From Spirogloea muscicola (taxonomy: Eukaryota), in the NCBI GenBank assembly GCA_009602725.1, contig WELB01000001.1, positions 635,267-699,266 on the forward strand: a DNA stretch of 64,000 bases. Reading direction: 5' to 3'. Positions 49,798-63,200 of this stretch are shown in pieces. The position numbers and the translations under genes are program-made. The notes under the pieces are model-generated. The model was not told the DNA's origin. It ran no database searches and saw only the letters and a program-made list of their open reading frames with translations. Each line of letters starts with the position of its first letter. Within the stretch, counting starts at the first letter, position 1.

Positions 49798-52635
49798 ATG
49801 GCGGTGGCCGGCGGCGGCGGCGGCGGTTGCGGCGGCGGTGGCTCCTCCGGCGCCGCCGCAGGCTCGCCGGCCTNNNNNNNNNNNNNNNNNNNNNNNNNNN
49901 NNNNNNNNNNNNNNNNNNNNNNNNNNNNNNNNNNNNNNNNNNNNNNNNNNNNNNNNNNNNNNNNNNNNNNNNNNNNNNNNNNNNNNNNNNNNNNNNNNNN
50001 NNNNNNNNNNNNNNNNNNNNNNNNNNNNNNNNNNNNNNNNNNNNNNNNNNNNNNNNNNNNNNNNNNNNNNNNNNNNNNNNNNNNNNNNNNNNNNNNNNNN
50101 NNNNNNNNNNNNNNNNNNNNNNNNNNNNNNNNNNNNNNCAGCAGCGGCGGCCGCGCAGCGGGGCGACGCCGGGCGCGCGCACGCGAGCCGACGCGCGGCG
50201 CGCATGGCGGAGCTCATGCGCCAGGCGGGCCTGATCGTGCGCCAGGTGTGCTGACCTGCCTTAAACCTTAAACCCCAAACCATAAACCCTAGACCCAGAA
50301 GAAGAAGAAGCCGCCGTCTCTCACTTTCTGCACAGCCATGCCGCGCCCTCTCCAGTTGTGCCGCGCAAACTGCCCGCCCGTTCTGGGGCTGCCCACCAGC
50401 GCGTTCCGAAGCCGGGGCTGTCCAAGCTGGCTGCCTGCTGGTGCATGTCACTGGGCTGCCTCGGATGGGCTGTCAGTGGTCGCCCTTCTGGCACAGCTGG
50501 CCATGCAAGGCCATGCAATTGTGGAAAGTGCCTCTAGACGTCGGACGTGGAACCTCTCGTCGTCGCATGCAGCTTCTTGTTGTGGGCACTCCATGCCAAG
50601 TCGCACTACCAGCAGAGGCTGTGGTAGCCCGTGGTAGCCCTGGTGACTGGACGCCCGCCTGCTGACTCATCGAGGAGCCGCTCAGGCTGGGCAGTTACGT
50701 CCTTCTGAGCAGCCGCTTAAGTATGGAGGCTGGAGCAGTGCGCGGCTGCTGATGCTTCTTGCGTCGTTTGGAGCTGGAGCAGATTGCGCAGCACAAGTGG
50801 TCGTGGCCGTTTGAGAAGCCCGTGGATGTCGAAGGCCTGCGCCTCCGGGACTACAATGTGGTGAGGGCCTCCGCCTCCCTGACCTCATGTGCCAGCCATG
50901 TGCCCGCCCGCTATTGACGCTTTGGCTAGGAGTCCCTCAGACGGTCAGGAAGTGAGATCTGGACTTCTGGAGCCCTAAGATAGCGCATCTGGCATCCTAC
51001 TCGTGTAGGTGATCAAGAGGCCCATGGACCTTGGCACCATCCAGCAGCGGATGGAGCGGCTGGGCAGCGAGGGGGGTTATCACACACCCCAGGAGATTGC
51101 GGATGACGTGCGGCTAGTGTTCAGCAACGCGATGACTTACAACCACGAGGGCACTGATGTCCATGTCATGGCCCGGACGCTTGCCAAGAAGTTTGACGAG
51201 CGGTGGCGGGTGCTGCTTGCCCCCAGGCTCTATGAGGAGGCAGGTCACTGAAAATCAGACTTCTGCGCAATGCATGGTGGCCCTTTTGTTTTTGCTCTGA
51301 AATACTCTGCCCCTGGTTTCCTCTGCTGTACACTGACCAACTCAGTGATGCATATTTTGCAGGATGAGAGGAAGGCCATTGAGGATATTGAGGCTCGAAG
51401 CACAGAGCAGGCTGCTGACCTTGCTTCAGAAGAGGTTGCCTACGATCGGCTCTCTAACAATATTGTCAAGCAGGTTAGCTTCCACTTTTGGTTGCTCAAT
51501 GTGGTATCACTTTGGGGGCGACGAGGATCAATGGCAGGACTGACCTGCACAGGTACAGCTGGCACTTCTGAGAGTCATCCACGTGGGGATCGTCTGAGAC
51601 TGCCTGCATAGGAAGCACCCGCTTGCAGCCCATAGAGAGATTGTTGGGTGCTCAATCAGAGGAATATTTTTGGAGCCTCCTTGCAAGAAAAGGGCGACCT
51701 GAAAGAGCATGTTCTTGCAGTTAGATGCAATCGACGTGGAGCTGGAAGGCCTGAAGCAACAAGTTGCGTCTCAATGCAGGCATGACATGCCACTCACCCT
51801 TGCTGACCTGATTGTGGCCATTACAGTGCCACACGGCTTTTGCTCCAGGCAAGGCTGTTGAGCGAGAGAACTTGCTGCAAGTTTTGCGCTTCACCTTCAT
51901 TGCGGCTGTGTGCATTCCTCATAACCTTAGACTTCAAGAGTCGGCTCTAGGATCTGGCTAAGCTGCAATGCTAGCCACAAGATAGCCCTTAGTCATCAGG
52001 TCCTGACTTAGTCAGCAGTCCTGGACTTGTTCAGAATCCTAAAGCTTGGGTTTGTTTGGAACCTTTTTCAGATTGATGACAGTGGAGGAGAAGCGGCAGC
52101 TGGGCCACAACCTTGGCAAGCTGCCTTCTCAGAACCTCAACCATGTCATACAAATAATTGCTCAGAAGAATCCGAGATTCAACGCGTCTGCGGAAGAGGT
52201 GGAGGTGGACATTGACGCTCAGGTGCCCGATCCTTCACATGTAGCAATTGCTTTTGTGGTCACCCATGCATGCAGTATGTCATATTTATAACAACCTCTG
52301 GTGACAGTGACAATTCATATTGACATCAGTGATGCATTCATTAGCTCATCCTAACTTTATTACTGTGATGATGGTAGCCACCCCAAGGGTAACTGCCACT
52401 GTCTGCTCTGTTGGAATTGCCTGCTCCTCTCGGAGGGCGCTTCTCATATTACTTGTGGGTGCTCTCCATGCAGGAGCCGGCAACACTCTGGCGACTGCAT
52501 CAATATGTGCTGAGCGTCTTGACTAAAGAGCAGGACCAAAGCCAACCTTCAGGAGCACCTCCAGCCATGGTCCTTCCTTCCTTTCCCTTGGGCACAAAAG
52601 CGGCCATCGCCCCTTCCAAAAGGCGAATAAAGTGA
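49798..52635 (+). CDS. GTE1: Bromodomain and extra-terminal (ET) protein, GTE1/GTE6-like; first exon interrupted by an N gap
   Basis: RRMAELMRQ, QHKWSWPFEKPVDVEGL, VIKRPMDLGTI, DDVRLVFSNAMTYNHEGTDVHVMA, and ET domain MTVEEKRQLGHNLGKL...EEVEVDIDAQ|EPATLWRL. Stop at 52635. Confidence 0.92.
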
Positions 52636-53182
52636 GGTTGCAAGTTTCCTCAGGCATTCACGTCACTCTCCAGCTTCATTTCAAATTGCTCAAGAAGCAA
52701 CCAGACCTCCACCTGATCATTGTCAGATAGCTTTGGAGCAATTCTACTTGTACTTTACAGTTGTCAAGTCGTGATTCTTCTGGCAACATACCATCTTGCT
52801 CATCCGCATCGGATTGAGCTACTACTAAAGAGCAAAGCCAGCAACTGATGCAGTACTTAGTTGGTGAATTTTTGTACTTCTGGGTTGCTCCTACTCAGCG
52901 CCATCCACATATTTAATCTCCACAGAATCATCATGTTTCAAGCTGCAATGTCTTCCCCTGAATGAAAGGAGAATGGGAATCTGTCTGAAAAAGACGAGGC
53001 GGGATGCATAAGAAACAATGAAAGCAAGGCATCTATAAATGTCTCTTTCACATCATTGATCCCATACGAGGAACTACTAAGATAGAACTCTCCTTCACCA
53101 GCTGAAGTCAGGGATACGGATCCATCTCGAAGTGACAGTAACTTAGCGCAAGTTTACACTGGAAGTGTGAAGTACTAATACG

Positions 53183-54620
53183 TCAGAAGCAATCAGTCCA
53201 CTCTTCTCCTCGGCCTTCTCCACGGCTGATGTTCAGCGGGATGGATACGGCCTTAGCACCTCCACCGCCTGTGAAGCCTGGCCTCTGCTTGGTGGACTTC
53301 ACACAGGCACGCACCCTAGCCACCCACATTCACCTAGTTAGGAGCAAGTCTAGTAGCAGGAGCAAGGTTAGACTCGAAGCAGTAAAGGCAATGGCAATAT
53401 CGTGGTAGAGAGCCTGGGCAAAAGACTCACATGTCAGCAACTCCCCATTCGCTCACAATCTCCGCCACAGCATCCAGCTGCTCCTGGTATTGCTTCTCCT
53501 GCCAAAACAAGCTTTCAAGAGTTGCTACGTTTTCGAATCTTCGAAGTATTTTGCACCATGTACCCTTCCGAATTGATACAGAGCAGTCAGCGGTGAACAG
53601 GAGACACCTCAGTGTTAGCTGGGCAGCACGTCGGATGGGCTGCACCGTGTTTAGTCGTCATGCGGAAATGAGGAGCAAGTGTTTGAGTCTTTGAGCAAGA
53701 GACGACAGCTACTGAGCACCCCGAACGGTGTTGTTACCGATAGGTGAAAAGACCGTTGCTCCAGAAACCTCCACATTATCTGAGATCACCAAGAGACAGG
53801 TATTACTTGCACACACTCGCCTGCAGTAAGCATAGCTGCATCTCGAGAAGGCCCTGGCTACTCCAAGACCTTAATATCCAATAACAGTCTTCTTAATCTA
53901 CAGACTCTGGCGTCGCTCTCATGGTGCACAGTGCCAGAAACCATTTTGATCCTGTGTCTTGTGTCAAGGTGACGTATCAGGTAAGAAATGGTGTTGCTTG
54001 TAAAGAGAGGTGGGCAGGTGGTACAGACAGAAGCGGCGGCGCCTGACCTGCAGATAGACGCGCTGGTTGAATTTGCACAGTCGGACGTCGTAGGATCGAC
54101 CATACTTGTCCACAACCAGCCGCCTGCAAGGCAAGGGAGGTACCACTAAGTATGGCAACAAATCGGTGACTGACGAGAGCAAGAGCACGGTAATTGCCGT
54201 CAAGCTGACTCGCCGCGGTTCTACGCAGCGTCCGGGCAGGCGGCTCGCAGCTGACCGCAGCTCCGCGCCCGTGATGGCTGACGGCCGGAGGGAGCCGAGT
54301 AGGCGCTGCCGCGCCGCCTCGACCTCGCCGTCCTCGGGCGCCTCGGGCGCGCCGCGGGAGGCGGCGGCGGCGCTGATCCGCGTCCTCGGCGGGACGGCAC
54401 GGAGCCCGGCACCGAGTGGGCGGACCAAGCCTGTCAGCGGCAAGGAGCCGCCTCGCCAGGGCAGACGGCCGCCGCGGCAGCCATGGCGCCGCTGGTGCGC
54501 ACCCCGCGGAGCCCCAGGCGTGGCCTGCCGTAGCGGCGGCGGTGGCGGCGGTGGCAGTGGCGGCGGCGGACGCGGTGGCGGCCGGAAAGGCGAGCGCCGA
54601 TGCTCGAACGACTGTGGCTG
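53183..54620 (-). CDS. DUF3067 family (cyanobacterial/plastid) protein, multi-exon; start unresolved
   Basis: ITGAELR|RLVVDKYGRSYDVRL...VYLQ|IMWRFLEQRSFHLS|EKQYQEQLDAVAEIVSEWG|...RPGFTGGGGAKAVSIPL. Ala-rich transit-like N-terminus. Stop at 53183. Confidence 0.85.
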
Positions 54621-54769
54621 CTGATATAACAAGATTATGTGGCTGTGAAAGCCAGGTGCACACAGAGAGTGTACAGACTGTATATGACTGACTATCTTGG
54701 CGGAGCCACAGGCCAGGCAAATTGGGCGCTTTTTCGTGGAAGCGTTGTTCCTCTTTTAGCCAGGCTAAT

Positions 54770-54995
54770 GGGGAAGGGCTCGCCCATTGAGGATAGGGGC
54801 TGGAAAAACCAGGCTAATGGCTTCCGTGGTGGTGGTTTGGCTCCTCAGTATGTATAGCTTGTCAGATATGCATGTGCTTACTCGGGGATATTAGTGTCCC
54901 GCTTAGCCAGCTCATTACCCAGTTACCAAGACATTTTGTAAGGCTAGAATTGGCCTCCCTTTCAATTACATGCGCACCGCGCGCCTTCTCTCTTT
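54770..54995. mobile_element. CRE-like 3'-UTR tips (family B inverted, family C forward) upstream of the DUF3067 gene
   Basis: GGGCTCGCCCATTGAGGATAGGGGCTGGAAAA is the reverse complement of the family B end. 54905-54992 is nearly identical to 25821-25910. Confidence 0.78.
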
Positions 54996-55538
54996 TAGGG
55001 GGAACCTGACTTGGGGCCAGGCCGCATGCAGTGGTGTGGTGCTGGGTTAGACGCTGCCCCAGTATGGGCTTACCGGGACATGTCTCACAGACATCCTGTG
55101 CTGGCAATGAGGGAGTCCGGGCTCTTTCCTAGTGCATGTACTAATCCATGCACCGATACACCCTCCCGCTGGGCGTTGGCCTGCATGAGAAAGCGCGGCC
55201 AGATTGACTGCATGAGGAGCTGCCATTGCTCCTGCTGCTCCTCCCTTCTGTCAGTCGGTCGCATTTGGCACCATTCTAGTAACCAGACTTGACTGATCAG
55301 GGACACAGAGAAGTACATAAATTCCATATCCCTCATGGCCGTGGAGCCTGTCGGCCACTTGCTGCTTTGGAGAATTGCATTTAAAAAAGAGTGAAGCAAT
55401 GCAAAGCTTAGGCAAGGATCTGCACAAGCAACTCGACACCAGCCATCCGTTGAAGAGTTTGCGCGATTAGAACCATGCCTATTTCCTATAAAAGAATCAG
55501 CTCTTGTTTATACAGCAGTCATGTGGGCCGCTAAGTGG

Positions 55539-58500
55539 TTATGAGAGGAGCTCTGCAGATATCTCGATTGAGGGGCTAATAAGGTCATCTCTACTCTGAA
55601 CGAGCTGAAGTTCCAGGTGCTTAGAACTGGACATGGTTCCTGACACGTGATACTCATTCAGTGTCCTTTTCAACACACACTGCATTACAACAACCAAGAT
55701 GATAAGAGGAGAGGGCATTGCTTGTGTCAAGAATCTCGTCTCAGTGACATTCTATCCCCATGGCACAACCTACACATGCATTCACCAACCTTGTGGAGCC
55801 AACCTATCGGAGCAAGAACAGGCCCCAGCTCACGAGATGCCTTTCTCTAAGACCACACAATAGAACAGGCCCCAGCTCACGAGATGCCTTTTTCTAAGAC
55901 CACACAATAAAAGTCCTTCATCCTTGGACGCAGAGTCTCTACTTTTCTGAAGACGTTCAGATTTGTTTGATGTATGACAAGAGAGCCATCCCTACCTGCA
56001 AGGATGCTACCGACAACTCTGCTGCCTTTGCCAAGTCATTCGGATATTTCTGCAGAAAAAGTCCTGGCATGGTGACGTCAGCTGGCTATTTCAAACGTAG
56101 TAGTCATTATCAAATAGGGCCGGGTGACGCGCTCGCCCATATTTTCATTCAGCTCCAAGTGATTGCATCTCTATATTTAAGGACTCACAAAGCTCCAGCC
56201 GAGTAGCAAAGCTGTCAAAAGATCGCCAGTGCCCTGCAAGTACAGAAGACAAGAAGCAGAAGCAAAGGCTGGCCGCTTTACAGTTCTGTAAGGTCAAATG
56301 CTTAGCAATTGCAAATACATTCTGCCAAGAGTGACTGTTGGCACATTCGTATTGCTATGGCTTTACAACTACCGTGAAGTGGGCTTGCAACTTTGGAATC
56401 TGAATACGGAATTGTATTGGAGGTTTGCCCTGCACATAAGGATCAACAAAACGTTCGGATATTAATGGTACAATTACATGTGCTAGTATCACCACAATCA
56501 GAGGGCAAGGCACACAAATACACTAGCATAGAAAGCTGCCGTGCTACAGATACATACAGACTCTATAAGCGCGTATGCATGAATAAATGACAGCTGTAAG
56601 AGATGTTTGCAACCTTCTGCTCATTGTGGCTCCCTACTAACACCAAGGTTTGCTTCAATTCGAAACCAGTTATGATCACCTGCCATCGCATAGTACTCAA
56701 TGACTATGAGAGATATTGGTATGATGTTTCAAAGGCCGCCCTCATGCTTGACTGTCGTGTCAAACTGGTATGGTAAGGAGGGCCACGCAATGGATGTCTA
56801 AGCTAGATCTGGACCTGAGAATGAAAGTGTATCCTCTTCCAGCAAGCTCAAAGCCAGCTGGTATGAGAAAAGTATACCTTGGAAGGGCCCATAGCATGAA
56901 GTTGATGACACGCAGCCAAAGCCTCACTCTCAGTGTTGATACTGACACCTCCAAACAAACAAGCACAGATGTCTCCCACCTAAGATCCCCTTCCATGAGA
57001 CCGCAATGTTCAGTCTCTAACTTTTACCAGCTGCAGTGTATATATACGCTCTAATACCACCAGCTGCAGTGTAGATATACGCCTTATGCCACATGCAGAC
57101 CCCATTTGACGACAAACAATGTGCAGCAGACCTGTATTGAATCCCACTGACTGGTACTCATTTATGACAATGACTTGCGCAGATCACTCTTTGTGGCCAT
57201 GGCAGCCATTTGAAAATTCGTGATGAAGATAAACAAGGGAAGTACCTGAGGCCTGTAAGTTGCTCCGCCTCGAATTGATTTGGTGTCAGGAGGCTAGCAA
57301 GTGGAGCAACCTGTCAGTGAGGCAATGGTCACCTCTCTGTTATTCTGGACTCAAAGCATTTGCCCCACCAGCCGCAGCTATTACCTGGGATACTCCTTAA
57401 GCACAGTGGTACCTCGCAAAATACATGTCTGCTTATTCATGTGTACTCATGCAAGTCTGACAACAAATATTTCGCGTGGACAATTAGTGGTTCACTTACT
57501 CACTCCAAAGCTGCTTCTGACTACTGTTTGACCTCCCCATTACCTTTTCCCGGTAGATTGGGACAAGCTCAGGTCTGATGTAGAGCTTCCCATTATCACC
57601 CATCACAGGATCACAAACTGCAGAGCAGAGCAACCTCCTTAAGAATTGTACCAATGCTCAAATCCCTGTCCATCATAGGCCTGCAGCCTGATGATCTTCC
57701 TCAGCACAGTATAGAATTTTTTCTGAGAGCAGCAATAAGTGAACATGTATAGCAGGCTATGTCTGGCAGATGACCTACCATATGTCAGATCTGGGTTAAC
57801 CTGACGAAGCTTCGTCAAAACTCGTAGAACAGTTTCAAGAAAAGATAAAGAACCAATGTAGCCTGCACCACACAAAGTCACCACCAAATTAACATCTCAA
57901 TGTGTCATACTTACTGCAAGCTGTCTTCAGTCATCATTGACTTCCATTATGAATGTCATGCTGCCATGTCCTACTGATAACGAAGGATTGGTCTGATGTG
58001 GGACGCCGCTGGCAAGAGAGGTAAGAACAGAATAATAAGCACACCTCACACGGCTGGAGGGAGAGGTAAGAACAAACTAGTAAGCACACCTGTCAGTAGA
58101 TGAGTATAGTGGAGAAGATTGTTGGCTTCCAGTCCTTCAATGAGAGACCACAGCTGTTCACCATTTAAGACATCACCCCTCCATGTGGGATAACCTACAT
58201 ACACGACTTCAAGTAGTGTGTCAGAGCTTGATAGTCGCTGATAGCCTCCATCCATGCTTTTCAAGTGCAGGAGCTAATGTGCATATTGCATGTGCTCCAC
58301 CTCACCTGTGTGATTGGAGAATTGGACCGAGTTGATTGGATCAACATCGAATCCCAGAAGTTGCAGAGGAAATACAGCTGCCTTGTTGCCAACATAGCCC
58401 TATTGTCTCTCCAAGAATCATCAGACCAGTACTTCAGCATATCGGGCACATGTAAGTCTCATTGTGGCCATTCAGAACTTGAAGTCGCACCAGCTTCACC

Positions 58501-58682
58501 TTATTGCGAAAGCAACACTGCTGAAGCACTCAAATGAACTCATAGTAACTGTGCAGATCATAAATGCTACCATATTCTTCAGAGCTGTGCCACTCGACTT
58601 TTCAGTTGACCTGAACAGTGTGTGATTGTATGCTGAGGACCCGGCCTGCTTCAGGAAGAACTGCAGACAATGGGGGTGCCAT
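55539..58682 (-). CDS. SOS4: Pyridoxal kinase, multi-exon
   Basis: [81 protein letters not shown] and C-terminal [15 protein letters not shown]. Stop at 55539. Confidence 0.95.
55815..55908. repeat. 47-bp tandem duplication in a pyridoxal kinase intron
   Basis: AGAACAGGCCCCAGCTCACGAGATGCCTTT(C/T)TCTAAGACCACACAAT starts at both 55815 and 55862. Confidence 0.9.
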
Positions 58683-59839
58683 GGAACACCGGGCTGCGGG
58701 GCTTCTTGCGCCGCGGATCGGGTCGAACAGCTGCGGCCTGAGACAGCCACCAGCAGCTGTCCACAGAGATCTTGAAGCTGAGGGGTTCTCGGGCTGCAGG
58801 ACAGGACACCTTCGAAGCCCACGGGGGGCTTGCCGGCGACTTTCGCCTAGGCAATCCAAGTGCCAGACCGCCGTGGCTACTCGGAGCGGTGAGCGGTGCA
58901 TGCTCATGGGCGGGCCGCCGCAGCGGCGGGCCCGTGAGCGATCCGCCAGGCTGCCATGGCCGTCGCCAGCGGAGGCTGCGTGTGAGCCAGACGGCGTGTG
59001 AGCCAGACGAGAGCGCTTGAGGCGGCTTCCGGCCCTCAAACCTCGTTCAACCCTTTTGAGAGAGCCACTCTCTTTCTTTTGCAAAAGGATTGCAAAAGGA
59101 TTGAGTTCAATCCTTTTGCTAGCCGGCCCTTTCAGATCTTGTACCACTCCTTTTGTAACGATTTTTACATGGCTGGAATGTCAATGCAGCAGTAATGTAT
59201 TGACAGATGCCTGGAGACTAGACACCTCATCCGGCTGATACATAAGTTGACTGTCAGTGCCGCAGGAAAGGCTTGACAGATGCCTGGAGACGGACATTCA
59301 CCAGGCTGGGCAGCGTGATTTCAACCTAGAGCTGAGAGCGGCGCAACCCGGAGTCGTGACGCGCGAGACAGCATGGTGCTGGCGCTGGAACGGCGACGGG
59401 AGGCGGCAGCGCTGTAGACTGCCCTGACGGCGTTGTTAGCCATTAGTGTTGACGGGAACGATAGGCGGGTCACGATAGCCTGGGGGTAGTGACCGTCAGC
59501 TGCTAGTGACGGAGGACCGTCAGTATGGCGGTGGTGGCTGATGGATGGGTAGATTGTAGCCCGTTGATAGCCGTCGACAGATCGTGGACGGGTCGTTGAC
59601 GCTAGACTGGGTGCCAGTTATCTTACCCGGGCCCTTGTGGCCGGGCTCGCAGTCTGTCGGGCTATATAGGGGGCACCCGAGATGGGAGAGGGGGTGTGTT
59701 CTTCACCCAACCTCAGACCCCTGGACCCTTGCTCCTGCAGTATCCGTTGCTCAATTTTACCGTTGCAGCCCCATTTCAATGCCTTCCCCGCTTTTCCTTG
59801 CGCCGCCGGCAGCCCGGGCTTGGCGATCCACAGCATTCT

Positions 59840-60240
59840 TTACACCTTTGGGCTGGCCTCTCACAGCCATTGCCGTAAAATGGAAGGCTTTTACTCTAGG
59901 GCTGGCCTCTCGCTGCCATTGCCTTCACATTGCCCCTCTTCTCTTTGGTGATAGCTTCACGGCAGCTAGTCTGTCGGATCTGAGGCTCCTCACTCGTAAT
60001 TACTGAGTGATCCATCCTCCCCCTGTTTTTCGCATCGCATCCTCAGGCCCCTTTGTAGCTGCTCAACGCTCTTAGGCCCCTTCGAACCTTTGTCAATTCT
60101 TTTGGGCTGGCTTATCGCAGCCCTTGCCCCCATTGGGAGTACCACTTCTATCTCTCCTTTCTACATATTTAGATGTGCTTGCTTGCCTTTGTACTTGGCC
60201 ATTGGCCTATGTTTGCTTCAAATAGACGAAATTTTCTTTC
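59840..60240 (+). mobile_element. Head-to-tail CRE-like 3' fragments (B, B with ORF end, A) upstream of pyridoxal kinase
   Basis: ASLSDLRLLTRNY* (stop 60006) and its UTR closely match 44155-44330. A family A tip ending CAAATAGACGAAATTTTCTTTC follows. Confidence 0.8.
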
Positions 60241-60242
60241 TA

Positions 60243-63200
60243 CAGTCAAACCTTGTTATAGGCACGTCGGCCGGTTTGGCGAAAATGTGTGACTATATGG
60301 AGAGGTTCTTGTGTCCTTGTAGAGGCACTATTGCCCCCAAATGTGCCTATACAGTGACAATCAGCAAATATACAATATTATATTGGAAAAATGGCGAATG
60401 AGCAAAGCTCAGGTGGCAACGTGGTTGCAAGCATCATTCTCTTGGCACCACAATCGCCTACATGGGCATCCACTTCTACCACAAAGAGACACCAAACGCA
60501 GGCAATGGTGGCAACCACTCTCAAGGTGGCCATGGGGGCGAAGGAGGGGAAGTCGCTCGAGAAACACGGCAATCGAGATGGCAATTCACTTGTGAGCAAG
60601 TACAAAAGACACATTGTGATGGAGCCAGCACCTAGAATGAGCGGCTACCATCGCTCATCGCGCCCTCAATGCAACGATGCAAGATCGCAGGACACCGATA
60701 GGAGGTGGACTGTAAGCTCGCATACAAGTGTAGGCAGGCTGACTAGTAATATCAAGGGTGATGTAAGGACGCATTAGATGGGACCGCAAGTCGACGGGGT
60801 TGGCTAAGACAAGCAAAGTGCGATGTGGGCTACATTGAGGACCAGCCTCGGCAAGGGCACATATGGCCCGAGCATGCATAGGTGCCTTGCTTGCACATAA
60901 GAGGGCAAGCAAGCGCACCTGAAAGTAGGAGGAAGCGAGGGAGTGCACATTTTAGCTCTACCTAGCCTCAAGACGTGCTCGATATTGGTGAGCCTTGCGA
61001 GCTCAATGGAAAAATGAAGACCAGCGAGCTCTGATGCGCTCCTACTCGTCGTGCATGTTGTTGGAGGCCATGTAGTCCTCGATTGTTGTTTGTTTCTTCT
61101 TCCTCAGAGCATAGTTTGTCACAGAGCTCCTCCATCATTCGCACGTAAGAAGAGCTTGTGGACCGAAAAAGTGCAGTTCTTGCGCGAGGTAGTGAGAGAA
61201 ACACCTCAGATGGTCACTGGCTTCCGCATGAGTCATCCTCGGTGGTGGGAGGTCGGCGGGGATTTCTTCTTCGACGATTGTCACTGGGGGCATCACTTCA
61301 GCTATGATGTCCTCATCCGTCATTGGAGACTCCACCTATTAAGACCGTCAATAGAAGATGTAAGTACCGTCCACAATGCACTTAGATGAACAACGCCACA
61401 CACAAGACAAGTAGTACGATAAATGTACCCACCTGATTTTCTCCTGGCAAATCGATGTATTCAGAAGCCGTGAGGGCGTCCGGGCCAAGCTGTAGGCTGT
61501 CAATTGCTTCTTGTAAGACACGCATATCGAATATGTCTTCTTCTGACCCAGCGTTGTGGGCGTCAGCAAGCATGCTTGCATAGACGGCCCAGTTAGGCAA
61601 GTTGGGCAGGATGCCACTTTTGCGCCAACAATTGGCAATGACATGTGTCGGGATGTCATGCCAAATTCTCCACGTCCACATCATGGCCTACATTCAAAGT
61701 AGACATCACATTATTTCATTGTTCATCCTGATGGTACAAGAGCAAGCTCAGACGAAGCAAGAGTAGATGCTTACCTCGTAAATATTGTGCTTCTTCTTGT
61801 CGAGCAAGGTGTTGAGCAAGGGATCAGTGGTCAAGGTGGGGCTGCTCCGCACCACCTCGTCAAGGCACCCAACCTCCCATGACACTAGCGCACTCTTGTA
61901 TCTACTCTTGAATGACGCGATGATGCCTGCGTCTAAAGGCTGTACTTTGCTTGTTGTGTTGGCAGGGAGGAACACAATCGTGAGGTTTGATAGGCGCGCG
62001 GCCCTAAATCCATGCAAGTCAATCATCTCCAACTCGAGGGTGTGGCTTCCAGCGTTGTCCACAAATAGAAGGACGTTTCGCTGACGTTCTGCCACTTCCG
62101 AATTCATGTGACGCAGCCACTCTCTGAATATCTGCATGGACACATCGTCACTTGTAAGTGCGCATGACAACAGGCTGGACTGGAGTGCGCACTTCAAGGT
62201 GCCAAATGATCGACAGCATGAATCACTTTCGATTGAATCACAGGGATGAATACTCACTTGCCCTGTCATCCAGGCTGATGCATTGTGCCGATAGAAGAGT
62301 AGCAAATCCGGGTCAAAGCCAGGAGGAAAACTCCTGGGTCGCTTCGCCTTCGTAATCATAACAGGCTTCAGACGGTCATTCCCAGTCAAATTGGTACAAA
62401 AACCAATTGTGAATCTCTCCTTCTCTACCTTGGTACCTTGGACCGGTACCTTGGACCGGTCCTGCACAACGTCCAGGTACATGTATGCCGATGTTAGAAT
62501 TACCTCAAGAGTTTTCTTTAGCAATCCAATATCAGCTATATCCATTGCCATTCCAATTATTGAGCAAGTGCAGTCACCGACCTGTTGCATTGCATCTGGA
62601 AGGCTTGGCCCTCCAGAAATGACCAGTCTCATCAAAATTGTATACGTCGTCGGGGCTATAGCCACCTTCCTCGATAATCTTCGGTACAACCAGCCGAGCT
62701 AGGTTAACACCAGCTTCATCAGCCGATGCAGCCTCCCCGTGGATGGCATGCACCTTGATGCCGTATCTCGTCTTGAAGCCACACAACCATCCTCTCGACC
62801 CCTTGAAATCTGCAATACCAAGCTTCTCTGCAAAGTGGCTGGCCATGACGACCAGTTGGTCGTCGGTAATATGTTGTGCCGTTTTAGTTTTCTGCAATCA
62901 AGACAACATACAGTACTCAAGTCAACCGAACACATTCCAAGCATGTGCATCCCAAAACCGACGACGTATCAAAATGCTATGCACAGATTCCATGGTGGGC
63001 ATTAGCATGCACCAAGCCACAAAGGGGAGGAAACTACATACATCTTGAAACCATAAAAAAGTGGCTTTCTCAACATCCTTCCACTTCGGATTTCGTTGCC
63101 GCATTTGGTCTTGGGTTGTCGTAGGCATTGTCATCCACTTGTGCTCATCACGAAGAACTTTGCAAACATTGGTGCGACTGACTTGTTTTCTAAGGTTTTT

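Noticed and set aside
44689..50138. ORFs spanning the two N runs
   Set aside because: These are assembly gaps, so translations across them are uninformative.
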